Source of the DNA: Iphione sp. A-MEVVRFRX5
Taxonomy: Eukaryota
DNA length: 64,000 bases
Assembly (NCBI GenBank): GCA_976226885.1
Contig: OZ320315.1
Location: 50,468,001-50,532,000, forward strand
Direction: 5' to 3'
Part shown: piece by piece, positions 27,691 to 40,620 of the stretch
Layout of the letters: every line of letters starts with the position of its first letter
Position numbering within the stretch: position 1 is the first letter of the stretch
The notes under the pieces: generated by a model
Told to the model about the DNA's origin: nothing
The model's database searches: none
The model's input: the letters and a program-made list of their open reading frames with translations, nothing else
Made by a program: the position numbers and the translations under genes

Positions 27691-28639
27691 ACGGGGTACT
27701 TTTTTCCACCATTAGTGGTACTAATCGAAGACCAATCGAGAAATGTATCCCTGGGTCGGGTAGATGTTTTATGTACTAAAAGCTCACATAAAGGACGTAA
27801 ATTAGTTGGAAAACTAACATTTGACATGGACAACGAAGGAAACATGTTTAAGAACTAATTTAAGAATATGCAGATCTGTAGCAAAGCCAGCGATATAGGG
27901 AGATGTGAGATGATGTTCCAAGACTCAGTCTGTGAACTCGATTTTTTCTTTTAGAGAAGAATGGTATCACATCCCGACCCCACCCTCTCCACGGCCCTGA
28001 CGATGCACCGACTGTTATGTGAGCAGACGATGATGATGCGTATACGTTTTATTTATGCTCACGTCATCGTCTTCCGGGTTGCGCTCTCCTGGAATAGGGA
28101 TAAGAAGTCCACAGATTTTTTTTAAATTTTCTTTTAAGTACAGTCAACCAGGATTAGCTCTCAGTCCTGCAGGTAGTACATTATTAGTCGCTGCCTATAA
28201 TACAAGGAAAAGTAAATATGTCACACAGCAGAAGAAAAAATGTCCCAGTGGACGGGAAACAGGAAGCTTCAAATCGCTTTCTAAGCTACTTCAGCTTTGA
28301 GATCCAATATATATGAAAAAATGGTCTCTCTTAGGTAACTTCATCTGTTCCTGTGCCTATACAGACACGTTAAAAAGGAAGGGTAGAATGCGTGCGAGAG
28401 GCTAGAGAGGTATTCTGCGAATCGATAGGTCCCTCTGCACGTGATTTATAAATCACCATAAGGACACAGGAAAACCAATCGCATTTATTAAATCTCCGTG
28501 AATAATTGATAAATACGACATAAACGATCGCCAGTAAACACAACAGGTTTCTGTATCACCGAAATATATTCCATGCTATAAATCTTTGAGCACGTAGGCT
28601 CCTATAGTGTCAGCGTCTTTTTTGGCCTGCGCGTTGGCA

Positions 28640-28870
28640 GGTGGGCCGACCGACGCTGGGTGGCTTTAGACACACATGGAAATTGGCTGCGCCAGTTCAC
28701 CAAGTGCTGCCACACGGCCGCTACTATTAGATCCCGCGAACTCACATGGCGAGAGCCCTTTTTATGCTTGGTGGTAATTGCTCACACACAGTGTCAATTA
28801 TGGCTTCTTGGCCGGGCCTTGGCTTGCCCTGGTTCGCACTGCCGGGCAACATCCGCAACATAGTTTGACA
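28640..28870 (-). mobile_element. DIRS-like RNase H remnant
   Basis: YVADVA, then in the same frame HVSSRDLIVAAVWQHLVNWR (28689-28748), resembling HIN.LEL.A..LALQH...LR. Confidence 0.4.
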
Positions 28871-29929
28871 CTTTGGCGCGTGACCAAATGAACCCAATTT
28901 GCAGACCGAACGATTTACCCTTTTTCAGCCAATACTTAATTTCAATGTGAAGATGTCTAGGTCTGCAGCACTCGTATATTCTTATTGTTTTTGGTCGCAA
29001 TATTCATTTTCTGAATAGCCTCTCTCTCATATGCGGGACGCGTAATAAAATTCAAATTTTGGCCCGCGTAGTCACAATCTCAGCAGATAAAAACGCACTT
29101 ATGTCAACAGATTCTACCAATAGATGTACCAAAATGTATTCTCCAGGATGGTCTTGTTTTAGGTTCAATGTGATATTTTAAACATTTTTTTTACCATGGC
29201 TGGGTCTAGGGGTACACGGAGTCTGTAATATCTTTTAGTACTATAAAATAATTTCTTCCTGTAGGTTTCCATAGTCCCGGAGAATACCGCGGGTACATCT
29301 ATTGGTGGAGTTATATATTTTCCATCTCTAAAATGGCTTGGTTGCCACTACTATTGTAACAAAGTAAGACTGAAGGGAATTCTGCCTACCACATGGGAAT
29401 ACATGTATGTATATAAACTGTGGAATTCGAAAATTCCCTGCCGAGATTATACAATACACATTCCATTAAATTTACATGTATTTACTTCGGTGAGATGGTT
29501 TTTCAGCAAAGAGTATTTCTACCTTACGCCCCAGCCTGCGATTCCACTTGACGCTTTGTGTAAAGCACTGACAGGAATTTGATAGTTCTGTCCTACGTAA
29601 GATCTTGTTTTAGGCATCCATTGGTGGTACGTACTTCATCAGTTGACCCGGAAAGCCACTAGTTTGAAGCCAGTTTGAGGCGAGGCTTATACACTGGGCG
29701 GTTGGGAGCCTCGTGGTTTCCTCTCTGTGAGATGACCGATCTGCTCTGGCCTCCATTACCTGTCAAATCATTGTGCCTTATTGTCAGGCCCAAGACCAGA
29801 TGCTCTGCAGCCGGCGCTCGCAAACTCTATTGACATTTCCAACATGTGTACAGAAATGTCTGCAGTCGGCCTGAAGCGTTAAGCTGTTGTGTGTCAGGTC
29901 CCGATACGATCAAGTATCGTGCCCCCACC

Positions 29930-30170
29930 CCATCCCTGCTGTGCTCCAACGCCCCAAAAGCTGAGGGCAGCAGAAGCGCCGCTTGGGGCCACGAGGGGCT
30001 ACCCCTCTCTCCCGCTTCAGAAATTGCTCATCGCTCCCGCAACCGAGTCTTTAATAAATTGGTGCCACATTTTAAAGGATGAGACCGGGCGGGAGATATT
30101 AGCTGGGGGTGTGTGATGATTGCTCGTGCTACGCACCCACAGCACATTCGCTAATCAGAGGACAGATAGG
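29930..30170 (+). mobile_element. DIRS-like RNase H remnant
   Basis: LLCSNAP...WG...SEIAH...VFNKLVPHFKG (ORF 29846-30082), then LLVLRTHSTFANQ (30120-30158), resembling VL.RTDNT...IN.Q. Confidence 0.4.
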
Positions 30171-30209
30171 ACGGTGGCCTTTTGTTCTGTGAAACGTGTA
30201 TTGTAGATG

Positions 30210-30449
30210 TCAGTGTATTTTGACCTCTGCTTTGTCCTTGTTATTGATTTCTATCCAAAGGGAGTGACCACTGTGGGCTTCAAGGGAGTGGATACTGCTA
30301 GGTGCAAGACAAGCTTTGTTACTTCTGAGCAAAGATCCTGCAGCTAAGGTCCACGCACCACACCCATCTATCTGTGCACCCTGTCTGGACATATATCCTT
30401 TATTCCCCCAGAACAGCGCAGTGCTGATTGTTCGACAAGACATAGGCAT
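30210..30449 (-). mobile_element. Degenerate AP-endonuclease fragment of a LINE
   Basis: KGYMSRQGAQIDGCG...SLWIEINNKDK resembles the GY..R.DR...GGG and E.LW(V/I)EI motifs of LINE endonucleases, in the correct order; judged by eye. Confidence 0.45.
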
Positions 30450-31243
30450 TTAGTTCGGTAACAGTTCTCATAATTATGCAGGTTCTGGGTCAGCTTAGTC
30501 GCAGAGTTCCTGACCAGATCGTGTAAAATAGTAGGCAAGGGTTGCTCTTCACCATATGTCGTTATTAGGTGTTATTGCTTAACCCGAACGTTAATGACTT
30601 CATTGACAAATAATGAATCGAACAGCAGCTAAATCGGTCCGCTAATGAAATGATTGCTGCGAAAGGTTTTTTGTGGACTTTTTATGGAAACATTTATACA
30701 TATGACACACATCCATTCTTTGTGGTGAAGGCTATTCGTGCTCGGCTATGAGTGCAGTCCTGTTGCAGGACTGGGTCTTCCTTGTGATTGTTCTAAACAC
30801 ATAACTCAAAACTTGGCACTCGGGTAATATCTTAGTGTATCTCCTGGTGATAGCTGACATTCGCGCCAGCCGTGTAGGTCATGGCACTAGAATTCGAGGG
30901 ACATTCATACTAGAATGGCTACTAACCAATATTACATCCTCAATACATGATGCCCTCTATGTTCCCCCCCCCCCAATTTAATCATGCCTAAAGGACACAG
31001 GGCTTCCAACTTGTGATTCAAGGATAGAACTATGTAACTTGTAGTTGGAAACCCATTGATTCTTGTAATAAACAGACTTGATAACTAGAAAATTGTTGCT
31101 ATGAGGTTTGAACCAGGGATGGCCAGAGTGACACACATAACGTTCACTACCAGTATTGCCAATCTTGTGATGATGAACGACCCGTTCTATGTCCGTACGG
31201 CAATTCGTGATTGCTCTGGTACTACTAAGATTCCCGTCCTCAT

Positions 31244-32590
31244 TCAGACCCTGTGTTGTAGCTGTTCTCTCAAATATTTCCACAGATTTGGTTTCATCTC
31301 CGCCTTCAGGTTCGGGGGTAGCTTATTCCATGCAGCCACCCCCCTATAGCACAGAGTCCGCGAGAAGCGACTTGAGCATGGTCTTAGCATTTTCCCTCTT
31401 CGGCTGCTTCCCCCTCTTGTCCTAGAATTGTTCTCTAGTGCAACAAGGTCTAGTTTTATTTGCCGGTGAATTGCTGAGATCCCCCTTTGTTCCACTAACT
31501 CCTTAACACGTTCGATGCCGCACTTCTCCACCAACTGACGTGAGCTCAAGTACTTGCCACATTGTATAGCCACTCTGGCGCATCTGTTCTGATGTATCTG
31601 CAAGTTGCAGATGTCAGCCTCGCTGGATCTGAAATAAAGCACTGCTGCATAGGACACTAGCGGGATCACCAGTGCTTTAAATAGTCGGACGCGGGCTTGT
31701 ATTGGAAGTACTCCCTTCGCTTGGCCAATTTTCAGGGATGCTGTCCACATTCTCCTCTTCAGATCCCTGATCAGCTTGTTGTCCACAACATAACCAGAAG
31801 GTTCATTTTGCTGGCAATCGCCATGGTGATGCCCTCCAACTTAATATCAAGGGGAATGCCTGCTGCCCTAGCAACAGGCATGTATGAGCATTTCTTCGCA
31901 CTCACCACCAGTCCTGATCTGTCACACCAGCTCGTCACCGTGTCGACGCACCTCTGCACAGATGCCCGCAGACGTAAGAGATCAGTTGCTTCCACTATTA
32001 TGGTCAAGTCGTCGGCGTACAAGACTAGTTTGGCCTCTGGTTGCAGGACTGTAGTGATGTCATTAATGACTAAATTAAATGCATGTGGACCAACCACTGA
32101 CCCTTGTGGTACCCCCTGGCTTAGCTCTTGTTGACAGGATACAGCCCCCTTGCACTTCACGTATTGCTTGCGGTCCGACAGGTACCCATGGAACAGGCAG
32201 CACAGTTCAGTAGATGCACCGGCTTCCTTCAGCTTTGTCACAATGAGTTCGTGTGAGATTAGATCAAATGCTTTCTTCATGTCGAACGGTACAACACACA
32301 GATAGCGACCAGTGTTCAGTCTCTCCCATGTGTGGAGTAGTACTGAGACTATAGCTGTCTCTGTACTGTGCATCGGCCTGAAACCGTGTTGCGCTGGACT
32401 GAGAAACTTGTTTGTCTCCATCTGACCCATTACCTGGCGCATCATCCACTTCTCGAATAGTTTGCCAGGCAATGGTAGAATGGAGACTGGCCGATAATTT
32501 CCTAGTTCGTTGATGTCACCTTTCTTATAGAGCGGAGTCACGCGCGCGATTTTTCACATTTGAAACTCTGCTATAACAGCATTGTAGATC
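31244..32590 (-). mobile_element. 5'-truncated non-LTR retrotransposon (CR1/L2-like clade), RT domain plus C-terminal region, one frameshift
   Basis: ORF 31771-32541 has TPLYKKG, NYRPVSILP, QHGFRP, FDMKKAFD, GVPQGSVVGP and YADD. A frameshift near 31790 joins ORF 31244-31786 (YVVDNKL, FKALVIPLVSY, TLCYRGVAAWNKLP). Upstream IYNAVIAEFQM*KIARV extends the match to about 32590. Confidence 0.95.
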
Positions 32591-33259
32591 TATCACGAAA
32601 CTTTTCTCTTGTAATAAATTGACCTTTCAAATGATTCACAGGCAGATTTACGGGGATTTTAACCTTTTCTTTTGGATAAACTCTCATACCCTGGTTGATT
32701 GAGGTCTTTGTTTCACAATTCAGATGAGTAGGTATTCCTGTATAAAACGTTTTTGATGCGAACTTAGTACATGTACATACATGTATAAATGTACATAATC
32801 CTTTCCGTGCATTGTTGTTCCCTTTCTTCGTGAGGAAGATATGCTCTACTAGTCCTCTGTTGAAAAATAGTTGCCGTATCCTGAATTCGAAACTGGAGCA
32901 TAAAGTACCATATTCATTCCCAAGATACCTAGGAACTACAAAAAAGTTTCACTCATCGTAGCTTATAGGTTGATTAAAGTAACTGCATTTAAATCTACTT
33001 ATCAGGAGGACTACTTGCTTAATGGGACAGTCGGCTATAATGGTCCTTTTTGCTTCCATCGTCTCAACTGAATTTATCTGTTTTATATGCGTCGTGCATT
33101 GCCTTTCCCTGACGTTAATTATTTATATTAAAATAGCCGCTTCTGTCGCCAAGGAGCCCACTTAAGAGACTCGCCCTGGGTGGCCATGTTCTCAACCGTT
33201 TGATAGCCTCTCTCATCCGTTCTTTAAGGAAGAAAGAGGCCGCTGGATATAGTGGCGAG

Positions 33260-33420
33260 GTGGGGAGGAGGAGAGCTGGTTGGGGTCAGCTGACAGGATC
33301 CTCCACGGACCATGGCTGCCAATCTATTCCATTTCAATTAGAAGCCAATATGAGTGGATCGAACAAAGTGGTCATCCGGGCAGACCTGGAGGAGTAGGAG
33401 AGCATTACTGCAGGTCGACA
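33260..33420 (+). mobile_element. DIRS-like RNase H remnant
   Basis: GWG, HGPW, LEA and VVIRAD across two frames. Confidence 0.3.
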
Positions 33421-34549
33421 TCGCCCCTAGTGGCCTGGTTTCTAGCCCTTACCTCAAGGCTCTAACGATGATGGCCACAGCAGCACTCTAACACTCTCAT
33501 ATCCCCTGGAGGTTCCGGTGGAGCTGACCAAATAATATAAAGAGTAAATATTGCAAGCGGCGAAGTGCTATGGTGAAGAGGCGTTGATCTGGTTTTGCTT
33601 TTAGGGTCACGAACGCAGACACTGAATATTATTGGTTTGTTTAAGTTTCCAGTGATGAAGCAAATAACCGAAAGAGAAAGGAGAACTCGAGTGAGAAATG
33701 TAACAGCTCATCCATTTTAATAATTTTTCATTCTGGCTTCGTTGAATCATTTACCGTCCCACTGCATTCTAACTACAGCAGTTATGAGGTTGACTCATAA
33801 TATGAAAATATCATTTTACCTAGCAATATATAATATGTTTCTATTAAATGGTAAGAGACTTTAGATGTGCTTTCCTTCTTCGACATCCGATAACTGCAAC
33901 CATATAAGAACTGTTCAGCTATTGCGTTACTTGGCTAGTGTCAGTTATACTCGAAAGACTATTTCCATTAGTGTATTGTTTAATGTACTGTGAGTTCTGA
34001 GGTCCCGAGTGTTTTATTAGGAGCGATCACACAGAGAGAGACGAGATAGAACATGACATTAAAGATCTAATTACTGGGCCCATGTCCTGCGGCACTTAGT
34101 CATTCAGAAATATCCTCATGGACAATTTTATAAAGATAGATGAGATAAAAGATGCTAAAAAAAGAGTGTTATTATTCCTTGCAGCAATGCGGTGAAGGTT
34201 TTAATATTAGATTGAATTTCAAAGTCTCCACCCGACAGTTTGCTCGGTTAAGAACCATTTCATGTCCAGTGCACGTACCGTATGCATTATATCGCTGATG
34301 GCAAATTGCATAGTTGGTCATAGCATTCTGCTGAGCAGGTCTCTTAGGTAACTTATTATAATTTATCAAGTTTCATTTATTCTTACTAAAGTATTCAATT
34401 AACGAATATATTTTACAAATCCTATTAGCTTAGATGCCACGGCCAACACAACATACATTGTAAGTAGATTTATTTTGCCGCCATGTAAGACGTAGAAATC
34501 GCACCGAGATTATGGTAAAACAAACCCTATGCCATTCGTGAGTTGAAAG

Positions 34550-34760
34550 CCTCTAATGCCAATAACTCTTAACTGAGGTTCACTTCCCCCGGTTGCCATA
34601 GTGACCAGATGACCCGGCAGTCGTTCAGCACCACGGGTGGTCGACGGCACGTCAGTCGTGAGTACATGAAAGGTGTCAGAGGTGCCCTTGCTCAGTCCCC
34701 CCACCATCACTGGGCCCTGCCCTACCGACCCTGTCACTCCAAGTGATCTGCCAATCTACC
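34550..34760 (-). mobile_element. Possible DIRS-like RNase H remnant
   Basis: VLTTDVPSTTRGA in ORF 34510-34737 resembles TTDAS..GWGA. Confidence 0.28.
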
Positions 34761-35219
34761 CATTTAAGGCCCTGGCGGTGCACTTTGAGCTATGCCATTC
34801 TTGGCTGCAGTCATAAGCCAACCGTGTAAGTAGTTTAGACAAATAGGAGTTTTACTAAGGCGAAGATGAGATGACCTAACTGAACGCAATCGCATTACTG
34901 ATGTTTTCCAAATTTTACAGATCATTTCAAATATAAAAGAAACGAATGCAAATGCCCTTTGATGCCTACATATCGATACTTTTATGTTTACATATAGCCT
35001 ATACCTGAGGAAGTATGATAGACCACATCAAACCCATGTCAATGCTACTTGGGATATGCTTGTTCACTCTTCACAAGTACCAAATTTTTAAAACCGCTTT
35101 AGCTAGAGAAGCAGACCTCTCCCCTCTTGTAAAATGTTTGGCAAAATTTCGAGATGCATGTAAAACCAGCGTCCTGTGCCTAGTTTTAAATTACTATGCG
35201 CATATTGATATGGACTTTG

Positions 35220-35560
35220 ACAGTTTGCGCATAGTCCACCGAAGCAGCAACACGACAGGTCAAAGCCGGCTGGGGATCCGAGGCTCGTCAGTCCGACTTT
35301 TGTCTAATACTGGCTGCCGATAGAGCGACGCTAATTGTAGATTCAGACTTTGGGCCGTCCACCAGGCGCAGTTAAACACAATAGGAGGCCCTCATAAACC
35401 AGCACTAATCGGTCAAGCAATCGGATTGGGAGCCACTTAAACAGTCAAAAATACTGGCGTTCCACAGAAAGCAGATGCCCTGAGTGGACTCGGCCATAAA
35501 GAATATTAAGCTCAGCAAGTGCACTGCCCCTACTCCGCGCCAACTGCCTGTTTACGACCG
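35220..35560 (+). mobile_element. DIRS-like RNase H end plus downstream methyltransferase-like region remnant
   Basis: VHRSSNTT...IRGSS, LWAVHQAQLNTIG (35348-35386), DW, and P*VDSAIKNIKL (35478-35513) resemble RSDNTT...GG..S, L.A.H.PG.LNT.AD, W.L and P.VDLFA...N.KL, in order. Confidence 0.5.
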
Positions 35561-35568
35561 TCACTAAA

Positions 35569-35599
35569 GCCACTAGATGGCGACACGTGAGCCGGAAGT
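35569..35599 (+). promoter_or_regulatory. Compact motif cluster: CTCF-like, E-box and ETS
   Basis: CCACTAGATGGCG (35570-35582), CACGTG (35584-35589) and CCGGAAGT (35592-35599). Confidence 0.4.
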
Positions 35600-38500
35600 C
35601 CAGGCTGACGCCTGCAGGGCATGAGGCGATGAGCACATGTCTGTGAAAGCCGGATTCGATTGGGATTATTGGCATTTGACAAGGTATTTCGCCGAGAAAA
35701 AAAACTGCATGAAAGAGGGAAAAATCCGGTCCCTGGGCCTCATCGGCTTCATATCAACTGTGTTGTCCTTTTGGGCTTTCTCACGGGTATCAGACCATTC
35801 TGCATTGATTTTTGACTCATAGTATGAGTAGGTGTGAGCCTTTTTCTGGAGCTCATATTTAGAAGATATCCATCGTTCAATACATAGAGTTCTCCTACAG
35901 ATGCCTTGCGTCAATGCCACCTGACACACCACTTTCCAGTTCCTCAGTTTCCAGTAGGTCGGCGCGGGTTATCTGGGAAAAGGAAGCCCGGAAGACAAGA
36001 TGATAATCATGTCGGAGATCGTAATTAGCACAGAAAGATGATTACAGAACATCACGTTATGTTGCAGATAGTATCCTTGCATAGTGGTTCATATTACTTT
36101 CAGAGGCTTTCCTCAGTAGCCTTTACATCTACGATAGACAACAAAAGAAAATGCTATGCTAGCGGATAATTCAGAAACCTTTATAGTAACGGGACTTGTT
36201 TGTAATGGTGACAGAGCCACATCTGTGGAAATGCTCTCTCCTAGTTTAAGGCGCTAATGGCATGAGCGCGCCTGTGAAAAGCAAAGAAGTGAGTGCTCTT
36301 TACATCGTTTTAAGGTACAGCGATGCATCTCAACATTGCTCTGGTTAGTGCTTCCGCTAGAGTTTTCCTCATATTTATCGAATGTGTAAGATACACGACT
36401 ATACAAATAATATATCAATTGCTATTAGTAGACCATGAATTGACACGGTAGAAATATTAATCGCGGGTTTGATTTGTATGAGTCATGTTCTGCTCAGCTT
36501 GTCACAGTTACAGCGCCTTCCTATTAGTTTACACCTTGACAGTATTTCCCAACGAAATGACAGCTTGTGACCCTTGTTATCCAGGGGGTCAGAGATCACA
36601 GTCATTGGTCAGAAGTGAATGCATGCTCCCAGGCGACCTTATTAAACTGTGGGCACGCCTTGATTAGGACCGTCTAAGGTTCAACCAACAAGGCGGGACC
36701 TCCCCAGTGGTGTGCTGTCAGCGTCGTTGAATCCACTCATCTATCTAAGCACAATCTAATGGCAAGCCGCACTGGCGGCCCTCATGTCACAACACAGCCG
36801 CCATTGTTTCGGAAAACATAATTGACATGTGACCATCTGAAGGTTTTGTATGTCGCATCAGAGGGCAGCACTGACCTGCATATGCCCCTAGTGGTGCTCT
36901 CTGAAGGCAATGCACAAGAGAATTTTAACATTGAAGAAGGGCATAAACAAACCAAGCCATTTAATATCATACTCCTGCTTGAGAAAATATTATTTGAAAG
37001 GGCAAAGTTGACAAAAATGTCTAATGTAGCAATCAAATTAGAAAACCATACTGCTCAACAGGGAATGAATTGTCTAATTTCTGTTACATACAGGTATCAT
37101 TATAAAGAGTAAACCAACCAGATGTTATCGGCTCCCAGCGATGCCTATCTTTTAATCTTATTTTCATTCAACTCTGTATTATACCTTGTATCATGATAAG
37201 TTAGGCCCCACATGCTTATTTCTGGACACTTTTCACATCACTATACGTTGTATCCCTAATTTCTTAAAGCTGTATCAGACTCTAACAAGCCACAAAATGG
37301 GTGACAATTTGTATCAATTGACCCAAATTTGTGGAAACTGTGGATTTGGGGGGAAATTTGTGTGAATTGCCCAAAATTTGTGTAACTATTTCTTTTATTA
37401 AAATGATATTCAAATTAATAATTTTAAGCTGTTTAAATATATTGTAGCCCATTTTTAGCTGCCTGCCCCACACACTATTCCTGTTTTTGTATGCATTTGC
37501 TTTGCATTGTGTGAGCACTGCCCCCAAAAGGACAATGCAAGTCAACACATTTACACGATGCAAATACAACATAGTAATGCAATGCAGGTATGGAAACAGT
37601 TATGTGGTTAACTGGATGCTGCTGAATAGTTGCATTAATGCATTAACACAATGCAACAAATTAACGCAAGTATGGAAACTGATCCTAAGAGAGGGAGCTG
37701 ATGAGATGTATCAAACCTCATCTCGTTTCCTTTCTTGTATTTGCCTGCTACCTTTTGTTTCTTTTTGTGCTTCAAAATGTTCATCTTATTCATTACATAT
37801 AATTCATTGAGCGCATTGTCTTTGAATACAGGTGCAGATTATCTGTGATATTCCATCTCCTTATTCCAGCGATGGACACATATTCCTTTACAAGTCAAAA
37901 ATAATAGGGTAGCGCCCATTGGAATTTGCCCACATGGGTTTAAAAGGATCAACAAAAATACACAAACAGAATGTTTTCAGCGGTTGTTCGTTTTCTCCTT
38001 TAGACTCAGACCCGTATTATCCTAGCATCGCAATGAAGTCACTACATACCTACGATATTGTTCAATACTCAAAGGTATATTTGATGAATATAATAATACA
38101 AAATGATATATAAATGCACCTGTATAAGTATTGCTGGTAGAAACCACCGCGTTATGACGATCATAAAGAACAATTTTGTTTTACCAAACAGGTAGCGTAT
38201 CTTTATGTGTGGGTTCGATTACTAATCTAACATCATATATTTAATTTTACAAGTGTAATTTTCAGATTACATGTATATTGGTTCCTGTTTTCCAGTTTGA
38301 TTTATCATCGATTGATTTTCATCTCATCTCTTTCTTCACAAATGTCTCCAACTTGAATTTTTCATAGCCCCAATATGTTTGAAGTGCTACGCCTAGGATA
38401 CAGTTTGCTAGTGCAGTGTGACAGCTTTTTCAGGTGGGACGTATAGGAGAGACCAGTTCAGTTGTTGTTGTGTTTATTGTTCCAATAAAGCCCTCTGTGG

Positions 38501-39725
38501 GTTTCAAACCACATTGCTTTATGTAAAATTGATTACTTTTTGTCCATGGAAACACACTTCTCTTTAATTTCCATCTGTCTATGACTTGTTTTTCTTTTCC
38601 ATGCATAGAGGCCTGGTGCGTTTATTTGTTCTTTTGCAGTAGCTTTCCGAAGAAATGTAGACGTGCCTTTCATTGTTTCTGTTGACCTGTTTGTGAGTAT
38701 CATCTATCATATGCTATATATACACACCTTATTTTGGTCACCAAGCGCCCCATCGCTGTCTTGACGGTCATACATAAATCGACCTTTTGTCTGGTTCATG
38801 TTCGTTCCTGTTTATTTGCCCCTATCATGAAACGAAGCGCGCTTTGCTCATTTATTTGGTTTTATGTAGCAATCGGAGGAATTACTCTAAGTCTCACTGA
38901 TGTGAACATGTGGTTTCTTTTATTTCCATTGACCCGTGTGGATGCACCATCTATCATGTCCTATATATAGTCGGCTTATTGTAGCGAATAAGCAAATAAT
39001 CTCTAATTAACGACTTTGCGTAAATGATGACCACCCTTTTATCCCTTGTGAAAAGGTGGGGAAAAGCATTGGTCATATCAGCTGTCAAGCTACATTATCC
39101 TTGCCTGATCTATTGCTCTTTTGATAGAGTAGTTAGCAGCATCAACCATTGAGAGTTTCTATCCTCATTCAACCACTCCTCTGTTACGAAACCCGTGTCA
39201 ACCCAACCTCTATGCAGACAAGTATTAGTTCTGTTCATAGATCTTTATCTACCATTGCAAGTACATTGTCATTCATTAAGGCTATTTTTAAAAAAACAAC
39301 ACACAACTGGCCAGTCGGCTAATGCCACCTTAGTCACCAAGCGTGCATCTCAAAAGGTCGCGTCAGGTGTGATTGACTGGTTTCGCCGATGACGCAGAGA
39401 ACACACTGACCAGCATCCAAGCCGCAAGATAAGATAATGACGTACTGAAAGGATCAAGACAACTTCGCGGAAGAGCACTTACCGCCGGTCATTTACACAG
39501 AAAATACGGTGCAACTATGCTCTTTGCGGAATTACTCTTTAGAGTGGTAACAGGGTTCTCATCCAAAAACCCTCTCACGTTTTGTCCGAAGCCTGGGTCT
39601 CGCAGATATCCCCCAATGACTGTGTCATTACGGCCTGGGAGTTTCATCAATTATCCTAAAAATGTAGGAGTTCACCAGAACAGAGTGCATTTACCTACAT
39701 GTATAAAAATTCATAGCCCCCCTTC

Positions 39726-39728
<3 letters not shown>

Positions 39729-39760
<32 letters not shown>

Positions 39761-39788
39761 GTCTCTCTCTGTCTCTCTCTGTCTCTCT
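39729..39788 (+). repeat. Compound (GTCT)n/(GTCTCTCTCT)n microsatellite
   Basis: Seen directly. Confidence 0.97.
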
Positions 39789-40244
39789 TTGCGGGATAGA
39801 TAACCGGTTTTCTTTATGGGGTTCCATCATGTGTTTAAACTAAAAAGCTAGGGCAGTTTAGGTTGCATGCTCCCATTTCTTACGCTCATATAAAGCTGCA
39901 TTTCTGTTAGTCGTAGCTTTCTTGACATGTAAAAGAATACCATTGTCCATCGACATGTTCAGAAGAACCGGTTTTTGTCAGAGGACATGCACAGCACAGA
40001 TGGTTTTGTTTTCAAATGTAGCATATAGTATATAACACTTATAGAATAAATCGTGGAACAGTGTTTTTCAGTATTCAGGTACATGATTTTTCTGTGGTGT
40101 TGGTTCCTTCGTAGAAGGCTTTAGGGCCGGTTTCCATACAGGCACCCGTATGCGTTGGCAAGTGTTTTTGGTTTTATGCAAGCTAAAGCAAGCTCATGGC
40201 GAGGGTTGTCTTCTGAGCTTGTGTTTTGCTTCTGAGAATTAGAG

Positions 40245-40620
40245 GTAAAATGATAAAAAAAGGTCAAATATCATGCTAAAAGTTGCAGAAAATGGTAAAA
40301 ATGATGAGAAAAATGATGAATTTGATCCTAAATGTCATGAAAATGATGGAAAAACGTGTGAAAAAGGATGGATATGTGCATTAATGTGCATAAATGACAC
40401 TCGATTGTGAAGAAATGTGAGGAAATAGCCTTGTGTTTATGTACATTGGCGTCTATTTGCGTGAAATTATACGTCATGTTCAAAAATGAGCAAATACATG
40501 TCAATGCGTGTCAATGCACGTGCAAGCAAAGGGCAGCCCCTAATAGATTTTACTGGTTCAATAAAAATGCACCTCAATGCACCTCAGTGCACCATAAATG
40601 CATTGATAGGAATGTAGATG
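40245..40620 (+). repeat. Dispersed repeat with degenerate A-rich microarray
   Basis: AAAAGGTCAAATATCATGCTAAAAGT matches the reverse complement near 52500. GGCAGCCCCTAATAG...CAATAAAAATGCAC matches 59701-59745. Confidence 0.75.

Noticed and set aside
37691-37730. Hammerhead-like CTGATGA followed by a hairpin
   Set aside because: The GAAA core after stem II is missing. Other CTGATGA sites (near 23287, 54043, 54322, 56780) also lack the full core.
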